Positions 13,529-29,457 of a stretch of 64,000 nucleotides of DNA are shown one piece after another. The translations under genes and the position numbers were made by a program. The stretch is from Eledone cirrhosa (Eukaryota). The notes below the pieces were generated by a model, which had not been told where the DNA came from, made no database searches, and saw only the letters and a list, made by a program, of their open reading frames with translations. Every line of letters starts with the position of its first letter. Positions within the stretch are counted from its first letter, which is position 1. The DNA is taken from assembly GCA_964016885.1 (NCBI GenBank), contig OZ024742.1, positions 317,502,001-317,566,000 of the forward strand, read 5' to 3'.

Positions 13529-13609
13529 GTATGTGTGTATGTATGTATATGTATGTATATGTATGTATGTGTGTGTGTATGTATATGTATGTATATGTAT
13601 GTATATATA

Positions 13610-13654
<45 letters not shown>

Positions 13655-13748
13655 GTGTGTATATGTGGTGTATACTTATATATGTATATGTATATGTGTG
13701 TATATGTGTGTGTGTATATATATGTATGTATGTGTATGTATGTGTATA

Positions 13749-13807
<59 letters not shown>

Positions 13808-13978
13808 ATGTATGTATTTATATGTATGTATATGTATGTATGTATATGTATGTATTTATATGTATGTATATGTATGTATTTATATGTATGTATATATATA
13901 TATGTATATGTGTATATATATGTATATGTATATATATTTATATATTTATTTTTTTATATATATATGTATATGTATATA
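13181..13978. repeat. Compound (TA)n/(TG)n microsatellite
   Basis: Direct reading. Confidence 0.95.
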
Positions 13979-14108
13979 AGGGAGAGGATCAGGGGTGTAT
14001 AACACTCCACTTATCCAATAGGCAGTATAAGGTTAGCTCGATGTCTGAGGACAGAGCCGTGATATAATCAACAACAAAGAACGCCTATAGCATATGCATA
14101 TCTTTACT

Positions 14109-14154
14109 TGCTAACATTGTTTCATCCGCACTACAAGTGGGACTCATCAGAGCA
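14109..14154 (-). ncRNA. Type I hammerhead ribozyme (inverted copy)
   Basis: Reverse complement of 14623-14668. Confidence 0.8.
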
Positions 14155-14622
14155 TAAAGGTTGATTACATATTACACAAGCAATAACAAATCCAAGACAT
14201 TGAAGAAATAAAGGATAAAAAATAATAAAAGATAAAAAATATTGAGGAAGTAAAAATAAAAATATAAATAAACATTGAAAAATAAACATTGAAAAATAAT
14301 TGAAAAATAAGGGGTGCTATCGGTCACAGTTGGGCGGGGTGCTGTCAACATACAGTTACATACAAGCATACGCATGGATAAGAGATAGAGAACAGACAAG
14401 AATAGATAAGATAGATAGGAGTAGGTAAGAATAGATAAAAAATAGGTGAAAAATAGGTAAAAAATAGACATATAATATATATAAGAAATATAAAAAAATA
14501 TAAAAAACATACATATAAAATATACAGATAATAGTGATACAGGGTAAGGAATGAAATAAAATAAAATTATCTAAGATAAAATATAATATAATATAGTAAT
14601 AAAATAAAATAAAATAAATTTA

Positions 14623-14668
14623 TGCTCTGATGAGTCCCACTTGTAGTGCGGATGAAACAATGTTAGCA
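14623..14668 (+). ncRNA. Type I hammerhead ribozyme
   Basis: tgct-CTGATGA-gtcc(cacttgtagtgc)ggat-GAAA-caatg-TT-agca. Confidence 0.82.
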
Positions 14669-15188
14669 AGTAAAGATATGCATATGCTATAGGCGTTCTT
14701 TGTTGTTGATTATATATGTATATGTGTATGTGGGTGTGTCTATGGGTGCGCGCGAGTGTATGAGTGAGTGTGTTTTGTGAATGTGTCTGTTGATTTTGGC
14801 ATATAGTTGAATAGTTTAAGAGAAATTTGACGACAATAGTAAGATATGCACTCAATATTTTGAATTTGTCTACAGAATTCTCTAATCCGTGTCACTTAGT
14901 AAAGAATTCAACTTTTAAGAATCTCCCTTTGCTTTAAATCTATCTACCATGACTGACCCCCATTGATTATATAGACACCTGTTAGCTTAATAAGGATTGG
15001 CATGCTATCCTGAACCTGTTTATAGAATTCTTCCTGCCTTTGTTACTCTAAAAATAAAAATAAACTATAGCTTTGTTGAATTAGCTTCTAATGAATTCTG
15101 TCAACCAATGACCTACACCCATCCCACTCCGCACCCTCTCCTACCACTTGTAGAGACCTATATATACCATAATTATTTTTTGATACCC

Positions 15189-15239
15189 AGATTCCTGATG
15201 ATTTCTGAAGAATGAAACAGTTCTAGTCCTGTAGAATCT
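15189..15239 (+). ncRNA. Type I hammerhead ribozyme with full stem III
   Basis: agattc-CTGATGA-t.ttc(tgaa)gaa.t-GAAA-cag(ttctagtc)ctg-TA-gaatct; GUA triplet, 6-bp stem I. Confidence 0.88.
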
Positions 15240-15326
15240 CATCTATATTAAAACCTTTATACTCTGCTATGTATTGAGTACCTTACTTACTGTGGTTGCC
15301 TCCGATTGAACCCGGAATAACGTACG

Positions 15327-15359
<33 letters not shown>

Positions 15360-15497
15360 GTGAGGTTTTTTTGTTATATATATATATAACAAAGAAAGTG
15401 TGGTAAGGAACCAGGTGGACCATAACGCACCAGAGTACTCGATACTATGGGTAGTAGAGTGGGTAATAAGGGTCCTGAATCTTTTCCTATATATATA

Positions 15498-15624
15498 TTA
15501 GCAGGACCCGGCGTTGCACGAAGTGGGAAACGTGAAATAGCAACACGCATACGAGGAATGTAGCTGTGTACATTTTGAATTCCCTTATCCTCCCTACACC
15601 GTGCAACGCTGGGTCATGCTGCTA

Positions 15625-15625
<1 letters not shown>
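15498..15625. mobile_element. Short element bounded by two outward-facing Helitron-like 3' ends
   Basis: Left ttagcaggacccggcgttgcacg; right ccgtgcaacgctgggtcatgctgCTAG-t; flanked by (TA)n. Confidence 0.55.
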
Positions 15626-15689
<64 letters not shown>

Positions 15690-16082
15690 AATAATGGAGC
15701 TGCGGCGCTGCAAATGGGTTACATATGAAAAAGTTTGTCCTCATCAGTGGCCTTCCAACCGTCGTAGGCATTTCGTCGCATTAAAGGCCATATACCTCAG
15801 GTTGGTGCGAGCAACGCCTAAAAAAAGTCGTTGGAACACGTAAATAAGGGGGACGCTAGGGTAAACAAACAAAATGGTTTAAGCAACAGAAAGTGATGAA
15901 GAAGAAAGAAACAAGTCCCAGATTTCTATGAATATAAATTCGGTGGAATCGTGAACGAGAGAATAAAGACCATCAAACCTGGTTGAAATGTGAGCAAGGA
16001 AGGAATTTCGCACAGGTCTAACGGGAGGAAGAAGGGGTCTGGTCTGCGAATTCGGTAAACATAAGTTCTGTGAAGTCGCAGA

Positions 16083-16155
<73 letters not shown>

Positions 16156-16230
16156 AAAGAGTCAGGACCCCTATTACCCACTCTACTACCCTAAGTATCG
16201 AGTACTCTGGTTCCTTACCACACTTTCTTT

Positions 16231-16323
<93 letters not shown>

Positions 16324-16762
16324 AAATAAGATACACATGCACATATACACAGAAGCAAGCTGACGAACGAAGCATCAATAACATCAGCTTACTTCGGGAA
16401 AAGTCGATTACGCAGGAAGGTTTGCCATATACTTTACATAATATAGTGTATCTACCTCTATGGTTTCATATTGAGGGTTCCATGCTGATATTCAATGAAT
16501 CATTTATTGAATACTAGAAAATCTTACATGTTTTTCAATGCGTTCCATGATTGGCCTGTGAAATCTATATTATTTCATAAGGCATTATTCAACACTGTTC
16601 GATATTATTTAACACATTTCTCCAAAGAAATACATATATATATATATATATATAAAGTCTTTACTCAGAGTTTCATGTTCGAAGACAATGCTCCAAACAT
16701 GTTCGACTCTCAGAGGTTATATCATTGTTTGACCATTGTAAATAAAAAACTATATCTCACTT

Positions 16763-18950
<2,188 letters not shown>

Positions 18951-19274
18951 CTAGAGAATAACATTCTTTACTTACATCAGACTAACTTTATAACATAATT
19001 ATATAAATATTGCCACAGCCATGACAATTCATTTTACTCTGCTTTCTGTGACACGTGACTCATATAGAATAGCAATGGCTGTTTTCTTAAATTGATAGTT
19101 TTTTTTTATGTTCATTATGCTATAATTGCACATCTCCTTACTACTAGCCTACTGAGTCCTGAGACAAAACAGAGAAATCTCAATACAACGATGCTTTAAA
19201 TTAGATGTAAAATAAAAAGGTTTAGGTTTTACTCTAAGGTACGATATATAATTATCAATACGGATATCAAGGCC

Positions 19275-19460
19275 TAGACACAAGGTCGCAATTTCGAGTG
19301 GTTAGGGAATATAGACTATATAATCAACTCCTGTACTTTATTGGTATTTATTTTATCGACCCCAGAAGCATAAAATGTAAAATCACTCTCAGTTAGACTT
19401 CAACTTAAAGGGGAAACGAAGAATAACTAATTACTTTTCACCTCTACCGACTCAGCACCT
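19275..19460 (-). mobile_element. Degenerate tRNA-derived SINE (Nin/Deu-like core family)
   Basis: cacaagg...ggtatttattttatcgacccc...ctctaccgact, similar to the 45061-45244 copy. Confidence 0.65.
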
Positions 19461-20534
19461 CTGTCATCCAATTCCTTTATGATCATAAAAGCCATGCCAT
19501 ATACCTCTGCTGCCAACACCAACAGCACATGGTCTGCGGAAGACATTTGCTATGAAATAGCACAACCTCCACTCCCAACACATACTCTTTCTTGGATATA
19601 CAACATATAGATAATGTTATCACCAGCTGAAAGTAAAACACATAACTAGGGAAATATTACATTAGGCTTTCTGAAATTAATTATCACATAGTTTCAGTGA
19701 TCTCCCTGTAAACTGAGTCTACGAGATGTGTTTGATCCCTGTTGAGAGGTTACATTTCTATTATTCGTCTTACCTTCTGTTTCATATCGTAAATATTCAC
19801 TGAGAGAGGTTTCAACAAACTCAATACAAAAGGAATGAAACACCATCGGTTTCGACAATTAATATTCCGATTGTTTGAACAATGGAACAACCTGTTTACT
19901 TGTGAAATTAACGTGCAAGTGGATGAGAGTTCCTAAGATGCATGTACCCTTAGCGTAATTCCCCTCGAGATTCAATGTGACACAGTGTGTAACAAAGCTA
20001 GCTCTTTGAAATACAGGCAGTCTATCTGACGAGTTACAAGACAGTTTCCGTCTAAATAATTTCACTGGCAAGAGTCCGATCAACCCCAGAATATAGTAAA
20101 TTACACCTGCCCACGATCGATCCCGGGTTTTTAATTATTACAAAGTGAACTTCTGAACCATTTGGCCATGTTGCGGCCATTATCCTTAAACTACTAATAT
20201 TAGATCACTTATACATTTGCGGTAGATTTGTTAAAGCAGAATTATTCATGTCAACTGCATAACAGGAGATTTCGTAGTGGCAGTTAGTCTTATTCCAACG
20301 ATTGCTAATCCAGCTGAAGATCTTGTGGTTATATGTCTCACTTCAGTGACCGACCTTGTCTGAATGGAATTCAAATACATTTGCAATCAGCATAACGCCA
20401 AATGGATAACATGCTGGGTTTTCCATTAAAGTCCTATGTGATAATATATTAGCAGTTGTGCACTGTTGATCATTAGGATCTATCCTGCTTGTCGACACTA
20501 TAAACACAGAGCTGGCATATCTAAGAACTAACTA

Positions 20535-20590
20535 ACTGCCTGATGAGGTCATAGCCATTCAATGGCTATCATCGAAATATATATAGCAGT
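20535..20590 (+). ncRNA. Minimal type I hammerhead ribozyme
   Basis: actgc-CTGATGA-ggt(c-atagccat-tca-atggctat-c)atc-GAAA-tatata-TA-gcagt, followed by AATAAA. Confidence 0.88.
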
Positions 20591-20635
20591 AAATAAAGGA
20601 TTATGAGTTCATGCAATTGACTTATGTTTCGTCAC

Positions 20636-22145
<1,510 letters not shown>

Positions 22146-22255
22146 AAAAATCATGAGAAGAAAGAAGAATACTGCGTGGTTGCACATAGGTTACATATGA
22201 TAAAAATAGTCCTTCGTCAGTGATTTTCCAACCATCATTGTTATTTCATCATATG

Positions 22256-22335
<80 letters not shown>

Positions 22336-22336
<1 letters not shown>

Positions 22337-22518
22337 CGAAGGAAATGTGGTAAGGAACCAGGTGGACCATAACGCACCAAAGTACTCAATACTTAGGGTA
22401 GTAGAGTAGGTAATAGGAACAAGTAAGACCCCGACGGCTGAGCTCAAGCCGTTTCGTCGGTTAATTCATTGAATTAGCCGTCGAAACGGCTTGAGCTCAG
22501 CCGTCGGGGTCTTACTTG

Positions 22519-22521
<3 letters not shown>
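22336..22521 (-). repeat. pLTR 3' fragment with fold-back palindrome containing the 3' half of a hammerhead
   Basis: Palindrome about 22418-22521; plus-strand arm reads gtc-GAAA-cggct(tgagctc)agccg-TC-ggggtc. Confidence 0.75.
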
Positions 22522-22563
<42 letters not shown>

Positions 22564-22564
22564 G

Positions 22565-22596
<32 letters not shown>

Positions 22597-22658
22597 AATA
22601 TATATATATATGTATATATATATGTATATATATATATATGTATATTACTATATATATG

Positions 22659-22757
<99 letters not shown>

Positions 22758-22782
22758 GTATATATGTGTATATATATATTTA

Positions 22783-22829
<47 letters not shown>

Positions 22830-22872
22830 GTATATATGTATATATATATGTATATATGTATATATATATGTA

Positions 22873-22911
<39 letters not shown>

Positions 22912-22914
22912 GTG

Positions 22915-22947
<33 letters not shown>

Positions 22948-22962
22948 GTATATATATATATG

Positions 22963-23068
<106 letters not shown>

Positions 23069-23389
23069 AAATTGGAACAAAACAGAGAGGCAGTACGGAC
23101 AAAGGTTTATTAGTTTCACGCTCTTGCTATTTCCTGTTGTGGAAGATCCAAAGTGGTGAGAGAAAATAAAGTGAGAAATTCTATTACAAGTTGACATATG
23201 TGAATATAAAATAATTTAATTATATCTCTACACGTATACGTGCGAGTAGGGAGATGTGGAGAAATGCATTTATAAAATCCGCCCTTTTCACATACACACG
23301 CAAGCACACATGCATGTACATAGTTGTGTATGCATATTTTTTAGACATATCCATCTCATAATTTTGTATATAATCTGATAATCTGTATA

Positions 23390-23462
<73 letters not shown>

Positions 23463-24479
23463 GTAATAATATGACTTAACTTAACATTTCAAAATTATTA
23501 AGTGGAAATGCCAAACCCTTTAGTATTGTAACCGACGTCAACGCTAACCCCAGCACATCTTTACTATTACCACCACTATCTATACAATTATTTCACTACT
23601 CTTCCTTACATTATAATCCTCATCTGCAAAGACTCCGCCGCCTACACCACCAACCCGCTGTCAGAATTGTCGTGCGGATATCTTTCTACAGTGATGATGA
23701 TGCTAATAATAATAATAATAATAATTATAATAATAATAATAATAATAATAACAAAGACAACAATAACAACAACAATAAATGATACCGATAATGATAGTGA
23801 AATGATGTTCTTTTGTCATTGTTCCCTGCTGACCTTTTAGCTGCTTTCTTTGTCTCTTCTATATTCTGTGATATAATCAGAAGCTGCCAAGATAATTGTC
23901 TAAATCTATCGTATTCAGCAGCGCAACTCGCTGATTGAAATCAAAGCTGCTGAATGCACTAAAGCAGGCAGTTTACTTAGTTTTCTTCTTCCTATTGTTC
24001 ATTCGCTATACCTACCTTTCCAGATGCTGCAGTAAAGCGGTGTCGAGACAATACAATGACAAGCAGATTATTTAATGTATATGGAAATCAGTATATTCGT
24101 TTTCGATTTTCACTGTTGACCCCCGGAGGACTACCCTGCCTTCTCTATTTATAGGAAGAGGAGGCTGCTGATAAAATAATTATCTCTAGTAACATGTGCG
24201 ATTATATCCTCTGCACTGAAAATAGATGTCCATGGTCCCGAAATAACAGTAAAATTTCCCTAAATCAACGTGACATTTCTTAAAACAACGAGAGGCATAT
24301 CAAATAATGTTGTTCTGGATATACTACGACTGAAAAGAGTGAGATAGTTTCGCCTGAAATGTATTTGATCCTGTGTCTGCTTTATCCGGGATAGATGTGT
24401 GTTCACTTTTTCTTTTATCCTCCAGCAATATAGTAAAACTTAAGAGACCTATTTTCGGAAATTGATTAATAATCTCATT

Positions 24480-25310
24480 ATGAGAACTGGCCAAAAATTA
24501 TCTTTAGCCGGTATAATGTAGTACAGAGTCCTTGAGAAGGTTATGAATGCATGATGAAAGATTTTGACAATAATATATATTATGGAATAATGGTAAACAG
24601 AGAGCAATAAACAGACCTAGCGTTTGTAGATGATGTACCAATCACCACAAATACAGTTATGGAATTAGAAGGTTAACTAAAGCAAATAAATATGGCAATC
24701 AGAATAAGGGAAGGACTATATATATCATAAAACAATAGAGAAAGTAGATAATTATAAATATGTAGTCGGTCTGTTAATGTCACAAAAAATAAAACAGAAT
24801 TGAGAACAAGAATAATGGTGGGATGGAATTGTTTCGGAAATTACATTAATATATTTTATGACAAAAAATACAAGCAATACATGTTATCAAGAAGTCGAAC
24901 ATGGTTGGTAAACGCGAGGATAAAAATATAATAGTAACAATGCAATAATTAGTCTTAAATATCATGTTGAAAACTAGAGTTCGGTGGGAAGAGATAGGAA
25001 TGAAGGTAGATGTTGAGCAAACGTATAGTGGAAGTGGACAAAGCAAGGGGGAAATAGATTAACAAGAAACTACAGAAGGGATTCCATGAGGGGCTGTAGA
25101 CGAAGGGACAGATAGATGAAAAAGAGGTGGAAGGACGACATTGAATAATAGAAGGTTACCAGAGACGGTGGAAGACTATTTTGGACAAGAATTGGCAATG
25201 GACGGGAAGAAATAGGAGCTTGAATTGTTGGACTGTTATATGATGAAGAAGAAGAAAAGAAGATGGAGGAGAAGGAGGAGGGGGAAGAAGAAGAAGAAGA
25301 AGAAGAAGAA
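24480..25310 (+). pseudogene. Highly degenerate RTE-like LINE 3' fragment
   Basis: ctagcgtttgtagatgatgta (LAFVDDV), RI.VGW.CFGKL-like and KRWKDDI segments, (GAA)n tail; many stops. Confidence 0.55.
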
Positions 25311-25322
25311 GGACGGCGGCGG

Positions 25323-25354
<32 letters not shown>

Positions 25355-26142
25355 TAAAATGAATACTACCGTGAATGTGCGTTCAAATGGTTTTAATGGC
25401 TCCATTACGATCATGCAGACACGTTTGTGTGTTTGAATGTGTATGTGTTTGTTCGTAAGTGTGTGTATGTATGTGTAAATGTGTGAGTGCGTACATGTGT
25501 GTATGCATATGTGATGTGATAACTGCTTCGAAACTGACAGCAGCCTGCAAATATAATACATATTTCTCAATATACACTATACGTTAAGTTGATAAAAGCC
25601 GTATCATAGGTAATGTTTTCAGAATATTTGCAAGCTCTATCTGACAGATAGATATAATAGACGCCTGCAAAATATATCATCTTGTAAACGTATGCTTTAT
25701 CCACTTTCTCTCACTCCTAGATAACTATATAAATATACACTCACACAAATATACTCACAAAACTGCACGTGCCCATGCATGTATTAATACCAGGTGATGA
25801 CTTCCTCAAATTATCTAGTCAGAAATATCTCAGAACCTAATGATAAATAGGTGTCGTATTGTTACATATCCACTGTACGTTGGTGCGATAATAACGATCA
25901 TATATCCATACGCACATACTCACACATACTCAAATATATGTGCTTGCGTGCGTGTGTCTGTGTGTTTGTGTGTGTGTCTGCATATATATATATATGTGTT
26001 TGTGTGTACGTGTGTACGTGTGTGTGTGTGTGTGCATATTATATGTGTGTGTGTGTGTGTGTGTGTATGTATATACTCGTTTAGTGTATTGGTATGTTAT
26101 GTTTAGTTACTGCACACAATACTAATATGTAGGTCGGGCTAC

Positions 26143-26314
26143 CGATAATTTTTTTCTTCACACGTGACGCACGTTTCACGATCGATCAGCTCAAGGTACG
26201 ATCGGTAGGGACCGGGCCCAACTCTAGAAACGATAGCTCATCAGCCTTGTGGATTTTCGCACGTTGAGCTGATCGACCACGAAACGCGCGTCACGTGTGA
26301 ATAAACATATCGAT
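26143..26314. repeat. Inverted repeat with degenerate hammerhead (26258-26299)
   Basis: ttcacacgtgacgcacgtttc...gaaacgcgcgtcacgtgtgaa. Stem I cgcacgt/acgtgtg and GAAA-cgcgcg-TC present; CTGA of the core missing. Confidence 0.55.
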
Positions 26315-26428
26315 GTTATATTGATACTTTGTTCCTGCTCCTTATCATTATTATATACATACACCCACACACATAGACAAAGATACACACACACACACAC
26401 ACACATGAATAATATACATATATATGTG

Positions 26429-26469
<41 letters not shown>

Positions 26470-27218
26470 ATGTATGTATGTATGTATCTATGTATATATA
26501 TATGTTTGTGTGTGTGTAAAAGGTAAACAGAAATAACAACACAATCGGTACAGTATATGGAAGGGATATATTAGGTTAACGCTTGATATAGCAGGAAGAG
26601 GGTCTTAAGGTTTCGGACGCTAGTCCTTTATCAGAAGAAAGAATGAGAAATAAGATAGATTGAAGCGACGGGCGGGTTGGAATAGGAAAAAATGTTTTTA
26701 GATAAAAATAACAGGTCCGTTCATGTTGACATCTTTTGCAAAACAGTGGGTGCTGGCGTTTTGTGTATGATTTATTTTTAGAAAAGTGGATGATGGAGCG
26801 CGTCTACCTGAAATGGAAAAAAAAACGTTTTGTAAAAGAGCTATACTTGTGCACGTGCGTAAGCATGTGTGTGTGTTATTATACGTCCGTACGAAGTTAA
26901 GAAATGTGTGTGTATATGTGAGTAAATGAGTGTGTGTGCATGTAAGTATTCACACAATTACATAAGCACGCTTATTACTCCATGTGTCTGCCTATGAATG
27001 GGTGTAAATATAATATTCATTTATTAAATACATTAACTATCTCAGTTTATGTCATACTAGCTGAGGTTCCCAGTAATACCCGCTTATCTTATGAAAGTAA
27101 CAATATATTTTGACACATTTTACAAAATATTTGATTATAGGATTGCTGAATATTTTCACTGAAGTAGGAAATACAGCTGAGTTGTCGTCGTCAATGTAAG
27201 ACATCAGGATAAATAATT

Positions 27219-27610
27219 ATTTCTACTTTTGGCACAAGGCCAGCAATTACCTTATGTATTACTGGTGCTTTATTTTACCGCCCCCCGTAAGGATGAAAGG
27301 CAAAGCAAACTTTGGCGGGATTTGAACTCAGAACATAAAGGGCTATAACTCTATGCTGCAAAGCATGGTATCTGATGTTCTACCGACACTGCCAATCCCC
27401 CCAGGATAAATAATGGTTTCTGATTTAGGCACAAGGCCAGCAATTTGGTTGGGAGGAAATCGACTCTGTGTTACTGGCTCTTTATTTCATCGACTCCGTA
27501 AGGATGAATAGCAAAGCTAACCACGGTGGGGTTTGAACTTAGAATATAACGGACCATAATTTCATGCCACAAAGCATGTTGTCCGACGCTCTACTGATTC
27601 TGTCAATCCT
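27219..27610 (-). mobile_element. Two adjacent tRNA-derived SINEs (Nin/Deu-like core)
   Basis: aggatgaaaggcaaag and gatttgaactcag (B-box complement). First copy flanked by a caggataaataat duplication. Confidence 0.85.
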
Positions 27611-28536
27611 TCAAAATAATACTGTCTGCTTTGTCCAGTAATGTTGCCGCCGATGACGCAAACGTACATTAATTTATTGAGCTCCTGTAGAAATGCTGGT
27701 ACTGTCCCTTAATTTTATATGCCGTCCAGAATAGAATGTCTGTCTGTTATATTCCTGTCAGCTCTGAAAGATGTCATTGGAAAGGCAGAGTTATATTTAT
27801 TAATTGAAGTTTCGTACCCTTTGTGTATTCTGGAGAAACAGATCCTTCAGAACTTCAGGTGTCTTTTTATTTGTTAAGAGGAAGATTTGTCTTCTGAGTA
27901 GCATAGAGCTCGTCTTTCCGCTACTCACTTTTGTGTACCATGTTGATATCATTTGTTCATTTTTGTGATTCATGGATTGCTTTTGGGGGTCGTATGCAAA
28001 ACCATGTTTCGTAAGGCCCATGCTTCTGCTGGGACTGAAGAACAATGTGCTTCATCAGCATTTCACCTAATTTGCCACTGTTCATCAGATTGTAGTTCTC
28101 ATGCAGAAGTAATCTTGTGTCAATATCCATTCAAATAGTATACCAGTGCACTACCAACCCAAAGCATGTCGTATCCTGTAGCATATATGCCAACCTTTCG
28201 AGGCCCTTGAGTTTTCTTCAGTACGGTGTATTTTCTTTCTACAATTCTCTGAAGAGAATCTTCCATATAATATTCTAGAATGTATCGTTGTCCTTTGAAG
28301 TGATGCTACACATTGCACTATTTCCAGAATTAATACTATTACGAAATATATTAGAAGTTCACTCAGGAATACATACCATATGCAACATAATACTGTGAAT
28401 GTTTAATCATAAGGAATTATCTATATACATAGCTGCAAATTGACAGTAAGCAAAAGGAATGTTTATACAAAATTGGATAGATAGTATAAGCTGGAACACG
28501 TAAAGAAGTAAATAATATCTATCCATCCATCTATCG

Positions 28537-28640
<104 letters not shown>

Positions 28641-28688
28641 GGAGGGAGAAAGAAAGAAAAATGGAAAATTTGATAGCTAGTTATATAG

Positions 28689-28736
<48 letters not shown>

Positions 28737-28761
28737 GAGAGAGAGAGAGAGGGAGAGAGAT

Positions 28762-28801
<40 letters not shown>

Positions 28802-28948
28802 GCAGGTCGGTAAGTAGGGAGGTGGGAAGGTAGAAAGAGATGTAGGTACGTAGGTAAGAGCATTTTTCTTTGAAATGCTAGATGTATGTTTGGAAAATAT
28901 AAATGAGTCTGAAATGAATATAAAACTATTATATATATATATAATATA

Positions 28949-29254
28949 TAATGATATTAAATAAATGGAAACTATATTTATAAAACCATATTTATTTTAT
29001 TATATATATTTCAAGGGTAACCAAGACAATATTGGTACGCTTTCATCAGATAAAATACAAAGTTTGTTTTATAAACTATCCAGTGAATTTCCAACCGATA
29101 AAGTATGATTTTCATGGGTATGTCTCTATTTATAAAACAAACTTTGTATTTTATCTGATCAAAGCATACCAATGTTGTCTTGGTTACCCTTGAAATATAT
29201 ATAATAAAATAAATATGGTTTTATAAATATAGTTTCCATTTATTTAATATCATT
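28949..29254. repeat. Inverted repeat of about 125-bp arms, each with a hammerhead
   Basis: 28949-29075 vs 29128-29254 are reverse complementary. Confidence 0.9.
28994..29056 (-). ncRNA. Minimal type I hammerhead ribozyme
   Basis: Minus: attttat-CTGATGA-aag...ctt-GAAA-tatata-TA-ataaaat. The plus copy at 29148-29210 has CTGATCA (G8 changed to C). Confidence 0.82.
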
Positions 29255-29376
29255 GACTATTTACTCCAGTAACTTGTTGAGTTCTCTAAATCAGTTATAA
29301 ACATTTATGTTTGTGTTTGTCGGACTTCCAACATATATATAATATATATATATAATATAATATAATATAATATAAT

Positions 29377-29457
<81 letters not shown>

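Larger units (their letters stand above)
14063..14714. repeat. Inverted repeat of about 95-bp arms (14063-14158 / 14620-14714), each carrying a hammerhead; Penelope-type inverted pLTR
   Basis: Arms are reverse complements with an A-rich spacer. Confidence 0.9.

Noticed and set aside
15735-15790. Minus-strand GAAA...CTGATGA suggesting a type II hammerhead
   Set aside because: Stems I and II do not pair.
19503-20100. Possible minus-strand host exons (ttcag acceptor at 19626-19630, gtaag donor at about 19770)
   Set aside because: Splice-like signals only, with no recognisable protein; cannot be supported without RNA-seq.
26600-26640. Minus-strand ctgataa-aggac(tagc)gtcc-gaaa hammerhead-like motif
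   Set aside because: C3/A8 mismatch and unclear stem III; probably decayed, so not listed as functional.
27790-28330. Minus-strand NADEAHC-like peptide (helicase or transposase-like)
   Set aside because: Multiple stops and no second supporting motif.
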